Made by a program: the position numbers and the translations under genes. This document shows, one piece after another, positions 63,278 to 64,000 of a stretch of DNA of 64,000 nucleotides; positions within the stretch are counted from its first letter, which is position 1, and every line of letters starts with the position of its first letter. The notes beneath the pieces are model-generated. The model was not told the origin of the DNA and did no database searches. It saw nothing but the letters and a program-made list of their open reading frames with translations. Location: the IMG/VR virus record IMGVR_UViG_2706795384_000001, positions 7,201 to 71,200 of that record; one strand, written 5' to 3'. Origin of the DNA: a virus (lineage: Duplodnaviria; Caudoviricetes).

Positions 63278-63933
63278 GCTTTGAAATGGACGCCGCAGAC
63301 GTTCCCAAGGTCACAGAGGAACTGGACACGGACGCAATTGTGGCCAACCGCATCAAGCGGAAGAACCACCGCCGGAACGGCCCCAAGTCCGGGCCAGCCG
63401 CATTGAAGCGCCGGGACCGCATCATTGAGGCGTTGAGGTTGCGCCGGGATGAAGGCAAGACGTGGGACCAAATCGCCCCGTTGACCGGGTTCAACTCCCG
63501 GCAATCGTGCTATGCCGCGTGCATGAAGTTCCTGGACAAGCGCGACCTGTTGGAAATTGACCTCTACCGGGACGTTGAGTATTCCCGGCTGGAAATCGCG
63601 GCCCAAGTGGTCATGGGCATCATCCAGGACGACACCGCCGCCGCTGGCATCCTGCTGGACGAACACGACATTGACGACATGGACGGGTTCCGCCGGAATA
63701 AGTACCTTGACGACGTGGCCGAAAGGGTGGGCAAGACCTTGGAAACCAAGCTCAAGGCCATTGACCGGCTGGTGAACGTTGGCGCGAGGGCTGGCAAGAT
63801 TCTGGGCTACGACGCGCCCACCAAGCTTGAGGGTAACGGCATGGGCGGTGACATTACGGTGACGTTCGCCCCGGCCATGAACAAGCCAGCCGAAATGGCG
63901 GAACCGGAAATGATCATTGAGCCGGAACAGTAA
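63274..63933 (+). CDS. Probable terminase small subunit (HTH)
   Basis: ALRLRRDEGKTWDQIA...GYDAPTKLE; position. Confidence 0.7.
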   Translation: MSFEMDAADVPKVTEELDTDAIVANRIKRKNHRRNGPKSGPAALKRRDRIIEALRLRRDEGKTWDQIAPLTGFNSRQSCYAACMKFLDKRDLLEIDLYRDVEYSRLEIAAQVVMGIIQDDTAAAGILLDEHDIDDMDGFRRNKYLDDVAERVGKTLETKLKAIDRLVNVGARAGKILGYDAPTKLEGNGMGGDITVTFAPAMNKPAEMAEPEMIIEPEQ

Positions 63934-64000
63934 GCGCAAGGGCCGGGTTGTCACGTACAACTACGCCCCGCACGAGGGACCGCAAAGCCTTGCCCACCAA
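63917..64000 (+). CDS. Probable terminase large subunit, first codons (truncated by window)
   Basis: TTG 63917; MSRNSKRKGRVVTYNYAPHEGPQSLAHQ resembles the terminase Y-x-PH..Q start. Confidence 0.5.
   Translation, partial: MSRNSKRKGRVVTYNYAPHEGPQSLAHQ

Overview
Most of the genome of a GC-rich, contractile-tailed (myovirus-like) actinobacteriophage. The gene content resembles ~70 kb Arthrobacter myoviruses; this is an inference and no search was run. The window starts inside a Mu-type protease/scaffold gene and ends in the first codons of a probable large terminase. 1-20.1 kb: head, neck, sheath, tube, chaperone, tape measure, baseplate, two fibre genes and a lysis cassette (CHAP+GH25+3xLysM endolysin, holin). 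20.2-21.5 kb: a short leftward cassette headed by a small HTH gene. 21.6-24.9 kb: the remaining baseplate genes. 25-64 kb: a rightward arm with an SMC-like ATPase, RecE/RecT, a RepA-like initiator with an iteron array, two DNA methyltransferases (one split into overlapping ORFs), a SNF2 helicase, a RusA-like resolvase, HNH, SSB, a DnaN-like clamp and many small unknowns. I saw no integrase, DNA polymerase, RNA polymerase, sigma factor, tRNA or CRISPR array. The strongest non-annotation signal is an apparent three-class transcription programme read from the DNA. (i) Three sigma-A-like promoters each carry a GTAG-N7-CTAC palindrome over the -10 box, and one drives the HTH gene itself. (ii) Eleven copies of an AAACAGGCAC box lie exactly 19 nt before a NANNNT -10 box; six have an ATG exactly 31 nt from the box start (leaderless mRNAs). 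(iii) Three CCCGTCCCMCA boxes lie 42 nt before putative starts in the virion region. Also notable are a GCCACA element about 22 nt before many starts, a stop-riddled in-frame linker containing the iterons, and several catalytically degenerate enzyme paralogues.
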